Assembly: GCA_026397635.1 (NCBI GenBank)
Contig: JAPLUL010000057.1
Coordinates: 7,665 to 71,664 of the forward strand
Direction of reading: 5' to 3'
Source: Verrucomicrobiota bacterium
Lineage (GTDB): Bacteria > Verrucomicrobiota > Verrucomicrobiia > Verrucomicrobiales > Verrucomicrobiaceae
Length of the DNA: 64,000 nucleotides
Part shown: positions 17,441-26,920 of the stretch, in pieces
Layout of the letters: the number at the start of each line of letters is the position of its first letter
Numbering within the stretch: position 1 is the first letter of the stretch
Program-made: the position numbers and the translations under genes
Notes under the pieces: generated by a model
Databases searched by the model: none
What the model was told of the DNA's origin: nothing
The model's input: the letters and a program-made list of their open reading frames with translations, nothing else

Positions 17441-20400
17441 TCACTCGATCGGGGCGGGCCGGTCGAAGATCAAACGCATGATGCGTCGGCTCGGATTGCC
17501 GTTGGTGAGCGGATCACGTACACGCATGGTCTGCACTGGGCCGTCACTGATCACTTCCAAGGTCCGCGCATTCCAGATGGCGAGATCGTCCGTGGATTGC
17601 GCACCATAAATCACATCCGGCATGTCCTTGGGCCGTGTGAAGTTCAAGGTCAGACCATTCGCATCACGCACCGGCAGCAATGCGGGGTTGCGGCTCATCG
17701 GATTCATGCCGAGAGCATATTCGGCGAGGTTTTTCCATCCGTCGCCATCAGGATCGGTGTCATCGTCAGCGAGACCTGCCGTGATCTGCTCCGGGGAGAA
17801 GTGCTGCGTGCGCCATTGGCTCATGGACTGGCCCTGAATGAGAAGCGTGCCGGAAGCCGAGCCGTTGTAGTTGGAGTCATCGACAACCGCCAGGACCGCG
17901 TGGCTGCCGTGGCTCGTGGGTGCGCTCGTGGAACCGTTGTAGGTCACGTTCACCATGAGACCTAATGGGCTTGTCGTTGTCGAAACGGACTTGGCGCTGC
18001 CATCGTAGGCCTGCGTCAGCCCATTCAAGGTGATCGTGGCGGTAGCTTTGGCGATCACGAGTGTCCCTGCGGCAGAGCCGACGTAGTTTGCGTTGTTGAT
18101 CGTGCCCACCACCGCATAAGTGGCCGCATTCGTCGGTGCAGTGGCCGATCCATCGTAGGTTAAATTGACCGTAAGGCCTGTCGGTGATGTTGTAGCGGTG
18201 GCCGCTTTGGCGCTGCCATTGTAGGTTTGTGCCAGACTGCCAAGACTCACCGTGGCCGTAGCTTTGGCAATGACCAGAGTGCCATTGGCCGTGCCGACAT
18301 AATTCGGCTCATTGATGCTAGCGACCACCGCATAGCTACCAGCATTGGTCGGTATCGTGCTGAGGCCGTCATAAGTGTAGCTGACGCTCAGGTTCGCAGG
18401 ATTCGTCGTACTCGTGGCTGCCAGCGGGCTGCCGGTGTAGGTGGGCGCCAAGCTTCCGAGCGCCACCGTGGCTGCTGCTTGCTGGATGGTGATGCTGAAA
18501 CTCTGTGAGGCTGCGGAGCCAATGCCATTGCTCGCGCTCAATGTGCCCGTGTAGGTGCCTGCAGCAGTGGGGGTGCCTGAAATCACGCCTGAAGTGCTCA
18601 AGGATAGCCCGGTCGGCAGCGCCCCGGTGGCCACGCTGAACGATGGCGCTGGAAAGCCCGAAGCCGTGCAACTGAAGTTGTAGGCCGTGTTAAAAGTGCC
18701 CGAATTCGTCGGCGTGCTGCTGGTGAAGGCTGGGGCTTGATTGATGGTGATGGTGAAGGCCTGCGTTGCGTTGCTACCGATCCCGTTGCTGGCGGTGAGA
18801 GTGCCGCTGAACACACCGGTAGCCGACGGAGTGCCAGAGATGACGCCGGTGGTGGGGTTCAAATTCAGGCCCGTGGGCAGCGTGTTGGCCGGAACACTGA
18901 ACGTGGGTGCTGGAAAACCACTGGCCGCGCTAGTGAAGCTGTAAGCCGTGCCGAGGAGTCCAGTGGTCGTGGGAACGCTGCTGGTGAAGGCTGGGGCTTG
19001 ATTGATGGTGATGGAGAAAGCCTGCGGGAAGCTGCCAGCTCTATTCGTGGATGTGATGGTTCCAGTGAAGGTGCCTGCTGTGTTCGGGGTGCCGGAGATC
19101 ACGCCTGCGGTGCTCACAGAAAGTCCCCCTGGCAGTGCCCCTGCGGTGAGGCTGTAAGTCGGCGCAGGAGAACCAGTCGCTGCGTACGTGTGAGTGTAGG
19201 CAGTGCCAACAATCCCCGCTGCTGGTGCCGCACTGGTGATCGAGGGTATTTGATCGACCGTGATGCTGATCGTCTGCGTTGGGGCTACGCCGATGCCGTT
19301 GCTCGCTGTCACCACGATGCCGGAGTACGTGCCCGCTGCCGTCGGCGTGCCGCTGATCACGCCTGTGCTGCTCAGGCTCAGGCCTGGCGGCAGCGTGCCC
19401 GTGTGTGAAAAGGTCGGCACAGGGAAGCCAGACGCGGTATAGGCGAAGTTGTAAGCCGAACCCACCACAGCAGGGCTGGGCGGCGGGCCGTTGGTGAAGG
19501 CGGGCGGCTGGTTCACCGTGACCGTGAAGGTTTGTGTCACGGTGTTGCCATCCAGATCCGTGGCTCTGACGGTGACGTCGGTCTGACCTCCAGAGAGCGC
19601 ATTGATCTGCACGTTCGTACCACTGATCACAGCACTTGCCACGGCACTGTTCGTGTTTCCAGTCACCGCATAACCCAAAACGGCCACGGGCGCTGCGGAT
19701 GAGATGGACACCACCTTCGTGGTGTCCATGGTCGCGGAGGCGGAGGTCAGCGGCCAGTCCGTCAAAGAGCTGTTGGGCGTTCCATCCACATTCACGCTGG
19801 AATTGACGGTCGGCAGGCCCGCCATGGCATCTGCCACGGTCATGCCGCTCCCGGCAACGCGGGCGAAGGCGGTGAATCCTCCGTTCGCATTCGGACTGCC
19901 GCTGTCGCGGTCGAGATTGCTGCTGTTGTTGCCTAAATTCACAAAGAACTGATTCGTGGCGCTGTTCGGGTTGCTCCCGAACTTGGCCATCGCCACGGTG
20001 CCGCGCAGATTTGAAATTCCAGGCTCATTGATGGGTGAGGCCGCTGTCGGGATCGCTGAGAAATTGTTCGGCGCAGACTGAACCTTGAAGCCCCCGCCTT
20101 GAACGACGAAGCCCGGAATGGCGCGGTGAAAAACCGCGCCATTGTAGTTGTTCACAGCCGCGTTGACATAGCTCAGGAAGTTCGTGACGGTCTGCGGGGT
20201 GGCTGTGTTGTAGAGGATGAAGTCCATCGTCCCCAAGTTGGTGACGATGCGCACTGCGGATTCAGAGTCCGGGTCCGAGAACTTGTCGGTGAGAGACACA
20301 GAAGTGTTTCCGCCTGGAGCGAGCGTTTGTGTCCCGATGGTGGTAGCGGAGACAGGTGCCGCCGCGGCGCGGATCACACGAAGCTGGAGGGTATTGTTGG

Positions 20401-21553
20401 TGGTCCAGCCGTTGGCAAAAGTGGCGGACATGGGGCAGTTGAACGCGCCAGTCACTATGGCGGTGCCCGTGATGGCTCCGGTCGAACTATTGAAAGTCAG
20501 ACCTGTCGGCAGACCTGTGATGCTCCACGAGGTTCGGGCTGATCCGCTGGTAACCACCGCTTGGTAGGAGAACGGTTGATTGTGAAAGATGGGCGGGGCG
20601 GTGCCACTGGTGAAGCCGTCCCTTGTCGTCGCACTGACGGTGTTGCTGCGCGCAGATTCTAGGATGTTGGTAGGGGTTGTCTGAAAGGCGGCCGCTACTT
20701 GGAAATCATAAGCTGTACCCGCAGTAAGACCTGTAACGGAAAAACTGGAGGCATTGGCCGCGCTATAGTTAAACAGGGTATAGCTGCCACTGCTGGTCGG
20801 TTTGAAATAGACCGCGTAGCCTTGTTCTATAGCAGAATTGTCCGACCAACTCAGGTTTACCGTGCTTTCCGAGGCAGTCGTGGCCGTCAGACTCGTCGGC
20901 GCATTGAACTGCGTGGTGAGGGAGGCGGTGTTGGAGTAGCCCGTGTAGGTGTAGGGAGCAGAGGCTCCAGTGCGCGCCCGGATTCGCACCTCGTAGCTCG
21001 AGTTGGGTTCAAGGAACCCCAGGAGATCGACCACCACGACATTGGCTCCGACAGAACCGAGCAGGCTGAACGCTCCGGCAGGAAGTTTCCTCGTCTCAAT
21101 TTCAAAACCTGTCTCGGTCGTGGCGTTGTCCGCCCATGTAATTAAGGTGGATTCCTTATTCACCAGCCTGTTCAAGCTGCCAGGAGCGTTGAAGGCGGCT
21201 TGCGTGCAGGTCACAACCGGGGTGAAGGCCGAATTTCCGCTGCCATTGAACGCCCGGACCTGATACTTGGCTGCGAAATTCGCAGGTGTGGTCAGTTGCA
21301 CTCCAGTCTGGTTCGCGACGACAGTCCCAAACGACACCCAAGGCGGAGGATTCGTGGCCAGATCCGTGGTGTATTGAATCTCAAAACCCGTCTCATCTGC
21401 CGAATTGTCATTCCACAGGAGTGCAACGCTGGTGCTCGTTTCTGCGCGGGCCGCCAAATAGGTCGGCGCGGTTGGTGCCGCCAAGGCGGCGGTGGCGAAC
21501 GACAGGACCACGAGGGATACCAGCAGCGGCAGGCTGAATGAGCGAAAACACAT
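17441..21553 (-). CDS. Large secreted/surface protein: signal peptide, 3x FN3, Ig-like (He_PIG) repeats, cyclophilin-type PPIase domain, 3x MBG-like repeats and a Verrucomicrobia-type C-terminal domain
   Basis: WNDNS/WADNA/WSDNS FN3 repeats; FHRAIPGFVVQGGG and GTVAMAK...SATNQFFVN; LP(P/G/T)GLS repeats; TYDGS..APTNA repeats; DPDGDGWKNLAEYALGMNP. Confidence 0.88.
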   Translation of the reverse strand: MCFRSFSLPLLVSLVVLSFATAALAAPTAPTYLAARAETSTSVALLWNDNSADETGFEIQYTTDLATNPPPWVSFGTVVANQTGVQLTTPANFAAKYQVRAFNGSGNSAFTPVVTCTQAAFNAPGSLNRLVNKESTLITWADNATTETGFEIETRKLPAGAFSLLGSVGANVVVVDLLGFLEPNSSYEVRIRARTGASAPYTYTGYSNTASLTTQFNAPTSLTATTASESTVNLSWSDNSAIEQGYAVYFKPTSSGSYTLFNYSAANASSFSVTGLTAGTAYDFQVAAAFQTTPTNILESARSNTVSATTRDGFTSGTAPPIFHNQPFSYQAVVTSGSARTSWSITGLPTGLTFNSSTGAITGTAIVTGAFNCPMSATFANGWTTNNTLQLRVIRAAAAPVSATTIGTQTLAPGGNTSVSLTDKFSDPDSESAVRIVTNLGTMDFILYNTATPQTVTNFLSYVNAAVNNYNGAVFHRAIPGFVVQGGGFKVQSAPNNFSAIPTAASPINEPGISNLRGTVAMAKFGSNPNSATNQFFVNLGNNSSNLDRDSGSPNANGGFTAFARVAGSGMTVADAMAGLPTVNSSVNVDGTPNSSLTDWPLTSASATMDTTKVVSISSAAPVAVLGYAVTGNTNSAVASAVISGTNVQINALSGGQTDVTVRATDLDGNTVTQTFTVTVNQPPAFTNGPPPSPAVVGSAYNFAYTASGFPVPTFSHTGTLPPGLSLSSTGVISGTPTAAGTYSGIVVTASNGIGVAPTQTISITVDQIPSITSAAPAAGIVGTAYTHTYAATGSPAPTYSLTAGALPGGLSVSTAGVISGTPNTAGTFTGTITSTNRAGSFPQAFSITINQAPAFTSSVPTTTGLLGTAYSFTSAASGFPAPTFSVPANTLPTGLNLNPTTGVISGTPSATGVFSGTLTASNGIGSNATQAFTITINQAPAFTSSTPTNSGTFNTAYNFSCTASGFPAPSFSVATGALPTGLSLSTSGVISGTPTAAGTYTGTLSASNGIGSAASQSFSITIQQAAATVALGSLAPTYTGSPLAATSTTNPANLSVSYTYDGLSTIPTNAGSYAVVASINEPNYVGTANGTLVIAKATATVSLGSLAQTYNGSAKAATATTSPTGLTVNLTYDGSATAPTNAATYAVVGTINNANYVGSAAGTLVIAKATATITLNGLTQAYDGSAKSVSTTTSPLGLMVNVTYNGSTSAPTSHGSHAVLAVVDDSNYNGSASGTLLIQGQSMSQWRTQHFSPEQITAGLADDDTDPDGDGWKNLAEYALGMNPMSRNPALLPVRDANGLTLNFTRPKDMPDVIYGAQSTDDLAIWNARTLEVISDGPVQTMRVRDPLTNGNPSRRIMRLIFDRPAPIE
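18716..19014. repeat. 38-bp exact direct repeat inside the adhesin (261-nt period)
   Basis: GCTGCTGGTGAAGGCTGGGGCTTGATTGATGGTGATGG at 18716-18753 and 18977-19014. Confidence 0.9.
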
Positions 21554-21817
21554 GGTTGTGGGCAAAAGTGCGAGTGTATTAGCAGAGGGTAGCCATAGAC
21601 GCCACTCAAAGAGCTCTCGTTCAACCTGCTGGTTGTCAATTGTTTCTCCAATCGCCCGGGTTTTCAGGTCAGGGCGGCATCAGAGCTCGTAGGCGCGGTG
21701 CCGTGCCCCTGCGCATGCAGCCGCCGCACGGGGGCTCTCCCTGGCCTCCCTCGGTCACGTTTCGGGTCCAGGAACGGTCCAGCTCCGCAGCGCCAAACTG
21801 GCTCGGGCTGCTGCCGT

Positions 21818-21893
21818 GAGTTTCAAGTTCCAGGTTTCATGTTGGATGGCTCGGCCGCCGAACTTGAAACTTGAAACTTGAAACTTGGAACTC
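21818..21893. repeat. Heptamer tandem/inverted repeat element (AACTTGA family)
   Basis: (AACTTGA)x3 + AACTTGG + AACTC at 21861-21893; the inverted arm GAGTTTCAAGTTCCAGGTTTCA is at 21818-21839. Confidence 0.9.
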
Positions 21894-22356
21894 ATTCCCC
21901 AATCCACACGCCCGTCCCCACCGGCACGAGATCGAACAGCTCGATCACATCCCGGTTCCGCAAGCGCACGCAGCCGTGACTGGCGGGGCGGCCGATGCTG
22001 TTTTCATCGTTGGTGCCGTGGATGTAAATGTAGCGCTGAAAAGTGTTCGCGTTGCGCGGCTCCAGGCCGTGCAGCCAGAGGATGCGGGTAAGGACGAAAT
22101 CAGACTTCGTGTCCATCCCAGGTGTCCACCGGCCGACCGGCTGCCGGGATTTGAAAATCGTGCCGCTTTCCGCGCCATCGCCGTGCTTCTCTTTGACCAC
22201 AAAGCGGCCCAGCGGCGTCTGGTGGCTGCCTTCGGTGAAACCTAGGCCGAATTTCGACGTGGAGCAGGCCCATTCGTTGACCAAGCGCACACCGTCGAAC
22301 AAACGCAGGCGCTGGGTGCCGATGCTGACTTCGAGACGTGGATGGGCGGGAGGCAT
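21892..22356 (-). CDS. L,D-transpeptidase (YkuD family)
   Basis: IYIHGTN...ASHGCVRL catalytic His/Cys motif; TPLGRF. Confidence 0.92.
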   Translation of the reverse strand: MPPAHPRLEVSIGTQRLRLFDGVRLVNEWACSTSKFGLGFTEGSHQTPLGRFVVKEKHGDGAESGTIFKSRQPVGRWTPGMDTKSDFVLTRILWLHGLEPRNANTFQRYIYIHGTNDENSIGRPASHGCVRLRNRDVIELFDLVPVGTGVWIGE

Positions 22357-22461
22357 GGGGCGATTGTAATCCTCAAAACTCTCACCACCAGCCGTCCTTT
22401 GCGCTTGGCGGCCGAAATCGGAGCATTGATGCCGAACGCAGCATGGGAATCGCTTCTTTTT

Positions 22462-23484
22462 TCAGCAGCGCAGCCACTCGTCCCGATGCTCGGCGACGAA
22501 CGCGTCGTCGTTGAGGTGTGGATAGGCTTGATAGACGCGGTCGATCTCGGCTAGCTGGCCGGGGCTGAGGGTTTCGTGCTCATCGAGGCACCACAGGCCC
22601 TCCAGCAGGCCCTGGCGGCGCAAAACTTCGTGCAAACCGGCGATGCAGCCGCGAAACGCATTCGCGGCATCGAAGAAGGCCGCGTTGCTGTCCGTGACTT
22701 CCACGCCGAGGCGCAGCAGAGCGGGCGTGGCGTCGGCGTTCCGGCATTGTTCGAGCAGTTCGACTGCGCGTCTCGTCCAGACCGACCAGTGGCCGAGCAA
22801 GCCGCCCACGACGCGGCGCTCTTGGCCACCGAAACGAAACGGCGTCACGAAATCGGCCACGATGCTGTCGTCGTTGCCGGTGTAGAGCGCGATGTCATCC
22901 CGCCCGGCCTCGGTCACGGCGCGCACGACATCGAGCGTCTGGTAGCGGTTGAACGGCGCGATCTTGATGGCGGCGACGTTGTCGATTTCAGCGAAGCGAC
23001 GCCAGAACGAGTGCCTCAGCACACGCCCGCCGACGCTGGGTTGAAGATAGAAGCCCACGACTGGGATGATTTCCGCCACGGCCCGACAATGGGCGATCAA
23101 TTCATCCTCCGTGGCATCACGCAGCGCCCCGAGACTGAGCAAGCCCGCGTGATAGCCGAGTTCGTTCAGCAAGGCCGCTTCGGCCACGGCCTGTTTCGTC
23201 GCGCCGCAGATGCCGCCGATGCGCACGAGCGGCTTTGCGGCGCGATCCATCTCCTCCTGCGCCAGTTCGAGCACCGGCTTGAACAAACCGACCTGCGGAT
23301 CGCGGATGGCAAACTGCGTGGTGTGAACGCCGACGGCCAGGCCACCGACTCCAGCGGCGATGTAGTAACGAGAAAGCGCCCGTTGCCGCCGCTCGTCGAG
23401 TTTGCGATGGGAGTCGAGCGCCAGCGGATGCGCGGGGATGGCGAGGCCGCGTTGCAGGTGCGGGCGAAAGTCGAAGTTGTTCAT
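22462..23484 (-). CDS. Dihydrodipicolinate synthase/N-acetylneuraminate lyase-family aldolase
   Basis: GVHTTQF, GFYLQP (Tyr), AIKIAPF (Schiff-base Lys) and YTGNDD. Confidence 0.85.
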   Translation of the reverse strand: MNNFDFRPHLQRGLAIPAHPLALDSHRKLDERRQRALSRYYIAAGVGGLAVGVHTTQFAIRDPQVGLFKPVLELAQEEMDRAAKPLVRIGGICGATKQAVAEAALLNELGYHAGLLSLGALRDATEDELIAHCRAVAEIIPVVGFYLQPSVGGRVLRHSFWRRFAEIDNVAAIKIAPFNRYQTLDVVRAVTEAGRDDIALYTGNDDSIVADFVTPFRFGGQERRVVGGLLGHWSVWTRRAVELLEQCRNADATPALLRLGVEVTDSNAAFFDAANAFRGCIAGLHEVLRRQGLLEGLWCLDEHETLSPGQLAEIDRVYQAYPHLNDDAFVAEHRDEWLRC

Positions 23485-23533
23485 GGAAATTTGCTTCGCA
23501 TGCTGACTGGGAATCCTTTCAATCCAACCCTTT

Positions 23534-24814
23534 ATGCTGCGCCATTTCCTGTTCCTGCTCTTGCTCGTGTCCACTCACGCTGCGGAGGAGTTTCCACTGG
23601 TGCCCGCCCAGGAATGTCGTCCGCGCAATGGGCTGCCGAATTTCCTGGCCAAGGCGAACACGGCGGGCGCACAGATCAAGATCGGCTACCTCGGCGGTTC
23701 GATCACGGCGCAGAACGGCTGGCGGCCGAAGACGCTGGCGCATTTTCAGAAAACTTGGCCGCAGGCGAAGTTCAGCGAGATCAACGCGGCGATCGGTGGC
23801 ACAGGCTCGGATCTCGGTGTGTTTCGGCTGAAGCAGGACGTGCTGGATCAGAAGCCAGACCTGTTGTTTGTCGAATTCGCGGTGAATGACGGCGGTGCGC
23901 AGCCGGAGCAGATTTTTCGCTGCATGGAGGGCATCGTGCGCCAGACGTGGAAGACACTGCCGGAATGCGACATCTGCTTTGTCTATACACTGACCGAGGC
24001 GCTGGCTCCGGCGATGCTGGAGGGCAAATTCCAGCGCTCGGCAAGCGCGATGGAAAAGATCGCCGATCACTACAGCATCCCGACGATCCACATGGCGATG
24101 GAAGTCGCGAAACTGGCAAAGGAAGGAAAGCTGGTGTGGAAGGCCAAGCTGCCGAAGACAGACGAGGAGAAGAAAGTGCTCGAAGGGAAATTCGTTTTCG
24201 CGCCGGACAGCGTGCATCCGCATGTCGAAACCGGTCACGAATTGTATCTTCAGGCCATCGTGCGCGCGCTGGAGCCGATCCAGGCGGCTTCGAAAACGCC
24301 AGCCGCTCATGTTTTAGGCGCGCCATTCATCGCCACGAACTACGAACAGGCCAAACTGCTGCCGATCACAGCCGCGACGCTGTCCGAATGCTTCACGCTG
24401 CTTGATTCAAAGACGGACGACTTCGGCAAGCGCTGGGTAAACCGCATGACGACGCTGCACAAGGGGGCCAAGCCAGGCGACACGATCACGTTTCAGTTCA
24501 AGGGCACGCGCTGTTCGATTTACGACATCATCGGCCCGGATGGCGGACAGGTGAGCGTGACGCTGGATGACCTGCCGGTGAAGGTGGTGCCGCGCTTTGA
24601 CGCCTACTGCACCTACCACCGGCTGAGTGCGCTCATGATCGGCACAGACCTGGAGGACGCTGTCCACACCGTGAAGATCGAGATCCATCCCGAGCAGCCG
24701 GATAAGGCGCAGATCCTGGCGAAGAACGGCAACAAGATCGACAAACCGGAGCGCTTCGACGCCACCGCATTTTATCCCGGTGCGATCCTGCTGGTGGGTG
24801 ACGTCGTCCGGTGA
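23534..24814 (+). CDS. Secreted SGNH/GDSL hydrolase
   Basis: Signal peptide; GGSIT, NAAIGGTGS, EFAVND and DSVHP blocks. Confidence 0.88.
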   Translation: MLRHFLFLLLLVSTHAAEEFPLVPAQECRPRNGLPNFLAKANTAGAQIKIGYLGGSITAQNGWRPKTLAHFQKTWPQAKFSEINAAIGGTGSDLGVFRLKQDVLDQKPDLLFVEFAVNDGGAQPEQIFRCMEGIVRQTWKTLPECDICFVYTLTEALAPAMLEGKFQRSASAMEKIADHYSIPTIHMAMEVAKLAKEGKLVWKAKLPKTDEEKKVLEGKFVFAPDSVHPHVETGHELYLQAIVRALEPIQAASKTPAAHVLGAPFIATNYEQAKLLPITAATLSECFTLLDSKTDDFGKRWVNRMTTLHKGAKPGDTITFQFKGTRCSIYDIIGPDGGQVSVTLDDLPVKVVPRFDAYCTYHRLSALMIGTDLEDAVHTVKIEIHPEQPDKAQILAKNGNKIDKPERFDATAFYPGAILLVGDVVR

Positions 24815-25033
24815 AGCGGTGTTAAGAATGGTTTGAAGACTGATTCAATATCTAAAGGGAGACGGGAGATGCATGGGATGATTGTACGATGCGATCTCCA
24901 TGAATGCCGACTCCGCCCGCGTTGAGCGGCTCTTCCTGGAGGCTCTCAAGCATGCCCAGCACCTAAAGGGCGTGAGCTCGGTGGTTTGCATGGCGGAGTG
25001 CGCCGATCTTGCTGCGCATGCTGCGGCAGCTCT

Positions 25034-25615
25034 TCAATTCCTAGCCACCGGCAAAAACTGCACGGCGTCGGCGATGACCACCTTGCCCGCTTCCGTGCCG
25101 TCGTTTGACACACGCGCCCAACCTTTGTGCCCTGCTGCAAAACGAAACGTGCCGAGCGTGCGGAAGAGGTGATCATGCGCGGGTTCTGTCTGCTGATTGA
25201 TGTGCACGGTCGTGTCGCCATCGGCATGATGGATGGTCACGGGTGTCTTTGTGGAGCGCCGCACGTTGTAACAATGGGCCAACCGCACTTCATACCAGCC
25301 CGCCTTCGGCAGATCCGGCGTGAATGTCACCGACTTGGCTCCTTTGCCCGTCTTCATGTCATGCAGGTAACCGAGCCCGACGTAGGGCGGTGTGTGGGTC
25401 GAGTATTGCCACTCTCCCACCAGCTCCGCCGCTGTCTCATCCACCACGATGCCCGGCAGTGACGCTGGATCACTCACGATGAACTTCACCATCTCCGGTC
25501 GATCCACCTCGCCCGGCGGATGGATGTTCGGAACGGCCTTTGGGTGCGGTTTGAGCGCCTCGAAGGCCATGGCCGTGCTCAAAAAGGCCAGCAGCGGCCA
25601 TGGGCGAAAAATCAT
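25034..25615 (-). CDS. Secreted stand-alone golvesin-like (xanthan lyase/FAD-oxidoreductase C-terminal) beta domain protein
   Basis: Signal peptide; GIVVDE...GEW..ST, YLHD, FTPDLPKAGWYEVRL and VIADAVQF. Confidence 0.65.
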   Translation of the reverse strand: MIFRPWPLLAFLSTAMAFEALKPHPKAVPNIHPPGEVDRPEMVKFIVSDPASLPGIVVDETAAELVGEWQYSTHTPPYVGLGYLHDMKTGKGAKSVTFTPDLPKAGWYEVRLAHCYNVRRSTKTPVTIHHADGDTTVHINQQTEPAHDHLFRTLGTFRFAAGHKGWARVSNDGTEAGKVVIADAVQFLPVARN

Positions 25616-25748
25616 GGCTCATGCTGAGCCTGAACCGCCCCGCCGCAATCGAGAAATGAAGGGTAACCAAGGCTCAGTGAGCGCGTCGCGGCAACAGGCG
25701 ATGAGAAACTTCCTTGCCGGAGCCGATCTCTTCTGATTGCATGGCCGG

Positions 25749-26756
25749 ATGAATCCGCCTCCAGACTTCCTTTCCCGCCGCGATGCCTTGAAAGCCACCA
25801 TGGCTTCGGTGGGACTCAGTTCCCTCGCCTTTGAGCCTGCCAAGGCTGCACCTTCTGCGCCGGATGCGCGACGCGGTTCGACGAAGAAATATGACATGCT
25901 GAAGTCGATCAACCTGTGGGCGTTTCCATATCCGGAGCGCATGACGCTGCGCGAGTGCCTGCAACTCGCGAAAGACGCCGGATTCGATGGCATCGAACTG
26001 AACTACGACCTCGACAACGATCTCTCGCCGAAGCACGGCACGGCGGATTATGTCAAAATCCGCAAGATGGCCGACGAGATCGGCATTCAGATCAGCGGGC
26101 TGTGTTCCTTCCTCTTCTGGCCGTATCCGCTGACCAGCAACGATCCCGCGAAGCGTGCTCAAGGCATCGAACTGGCCGGAAAGATCGCGCAGTGTGCGCA
26201 TGACCTCGGCGTAGAGAATGTGCTTGTCGTGCCGGGGGCCGTCCACATCCCGTGGCGCACGGATCACGAGCCGGTGGCGAATGACGTGTGCGATGCACGT
26301 GCCCGCGAGGCCGTGGGGCAGCTCGCGAAACAGGCGGAGAAGTTGAAGGTTTGTCTCAACATCGAAAACATCTTCTTCAACGGCTACCTCATGACGCCGA
26401 TGGAGATGAACGCCTTCGTGGACAGCTTTGGCAGCGAGCAGGTGCGCGTGCATTTTGACACGGGGAACATCAGCATGTTCCAGTTCCCCGAGCACTGGGC
26501 CAAGGTGCTCGGCAATCGCACCAAGAACGTCCACCTGAAGGAGTTCACGAAGAAAGGCACCGACTTCAGCCTCGAAACCTTCCGCCCGCTGCTCGACGGC
26601 ACCACGAACTGGCCCGCCGTCACCGACGCGCTCGCGGAGACCGGCTACCGAGGCTTCCTGACCTTCGAATACTTCCACCCGTATGCCCATTACCCCGAGG
26701 CGCTGATCTGGCAAACCTCGGATTCGATGGACCGCATTCTTGGTCGTCAATCATGA
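25749..26756 (+). CDS. Tat-exported sugar-phosphate isomerase/epimerase (xylose isomerase-like TIM barrel)
   Basis: SRRDALK Tat motif; GFDGIE, IENI, FDTGN, HLKE and TFE metal ligands. Confidence 0.88.
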   Translation: MNPPPDFLSRRDALKATMASVGLSSLAFEPAKAAPSAPDARRGSTKKYDMLKSINLWAFPYPERMTLRECLQLAKDAGFDGIELNYDLDNDLSPKHGTADYVKIRKMADEIGIQISGLCSFLFWPYPLTSNDPAKRAQGIELAGKIAQCAHDLGVENVLVVPGAVHIPWRTDHEPVANDVCDARAREAVGQLAKQAEKLKVCLNIENIFFNGYLMTPMEMNAFVDSFGSEQVRVHFDTGNISMFQFPEHWAKVLGNRTKNVHLKEFTKKGTDFSLETFRPLLDGTTNWPAVTDALAETGYRGFLTFEYFHPYAHYPEALIWQTSDSMDRILGRQS

Positions 26757-26920
26757 GCTGGGCACGCACGAGATGCCGTCCCCCTGGAGAATAAAACGCC
26801 TGGCGTTGTGTGTCTGCTAAAGCGGAAAACGACCATGGAACCCAAGTTGGTGAAGAGGGCTGCCGTGCGCTGTTTGCTGAGCAGGCGAAACATTCTGCCG
26901 ATTGGGTGAACCTTGGGGCG

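Noticed and set aside
18000-19500. Internal repeats of the adhesin considered as a DGR template/variable pair
   Set aside because: There is no adenine-specific mismatch pattern and no reverse transcriptase in the window; they are explained by domain duplication.
21660-21700. CTGATG...GAAA on the minus strand considered as a hammerhead ribozyme
   Set aside because: The core reads CUGAUGC rather than CUGANGA, and the flanking stems are not convincing.
22576-23889. 437-aa plus-strand ORF
   Set aside because: It overlaps the well-supported aldolase (antisense) and the SGNH gene (off-frame); no recognisable family.
26757-26920. Gap between convergent genes examined for an sRNA or small ORF
   Set aside because: Only short ORFs with no motif and no clear structure were found.
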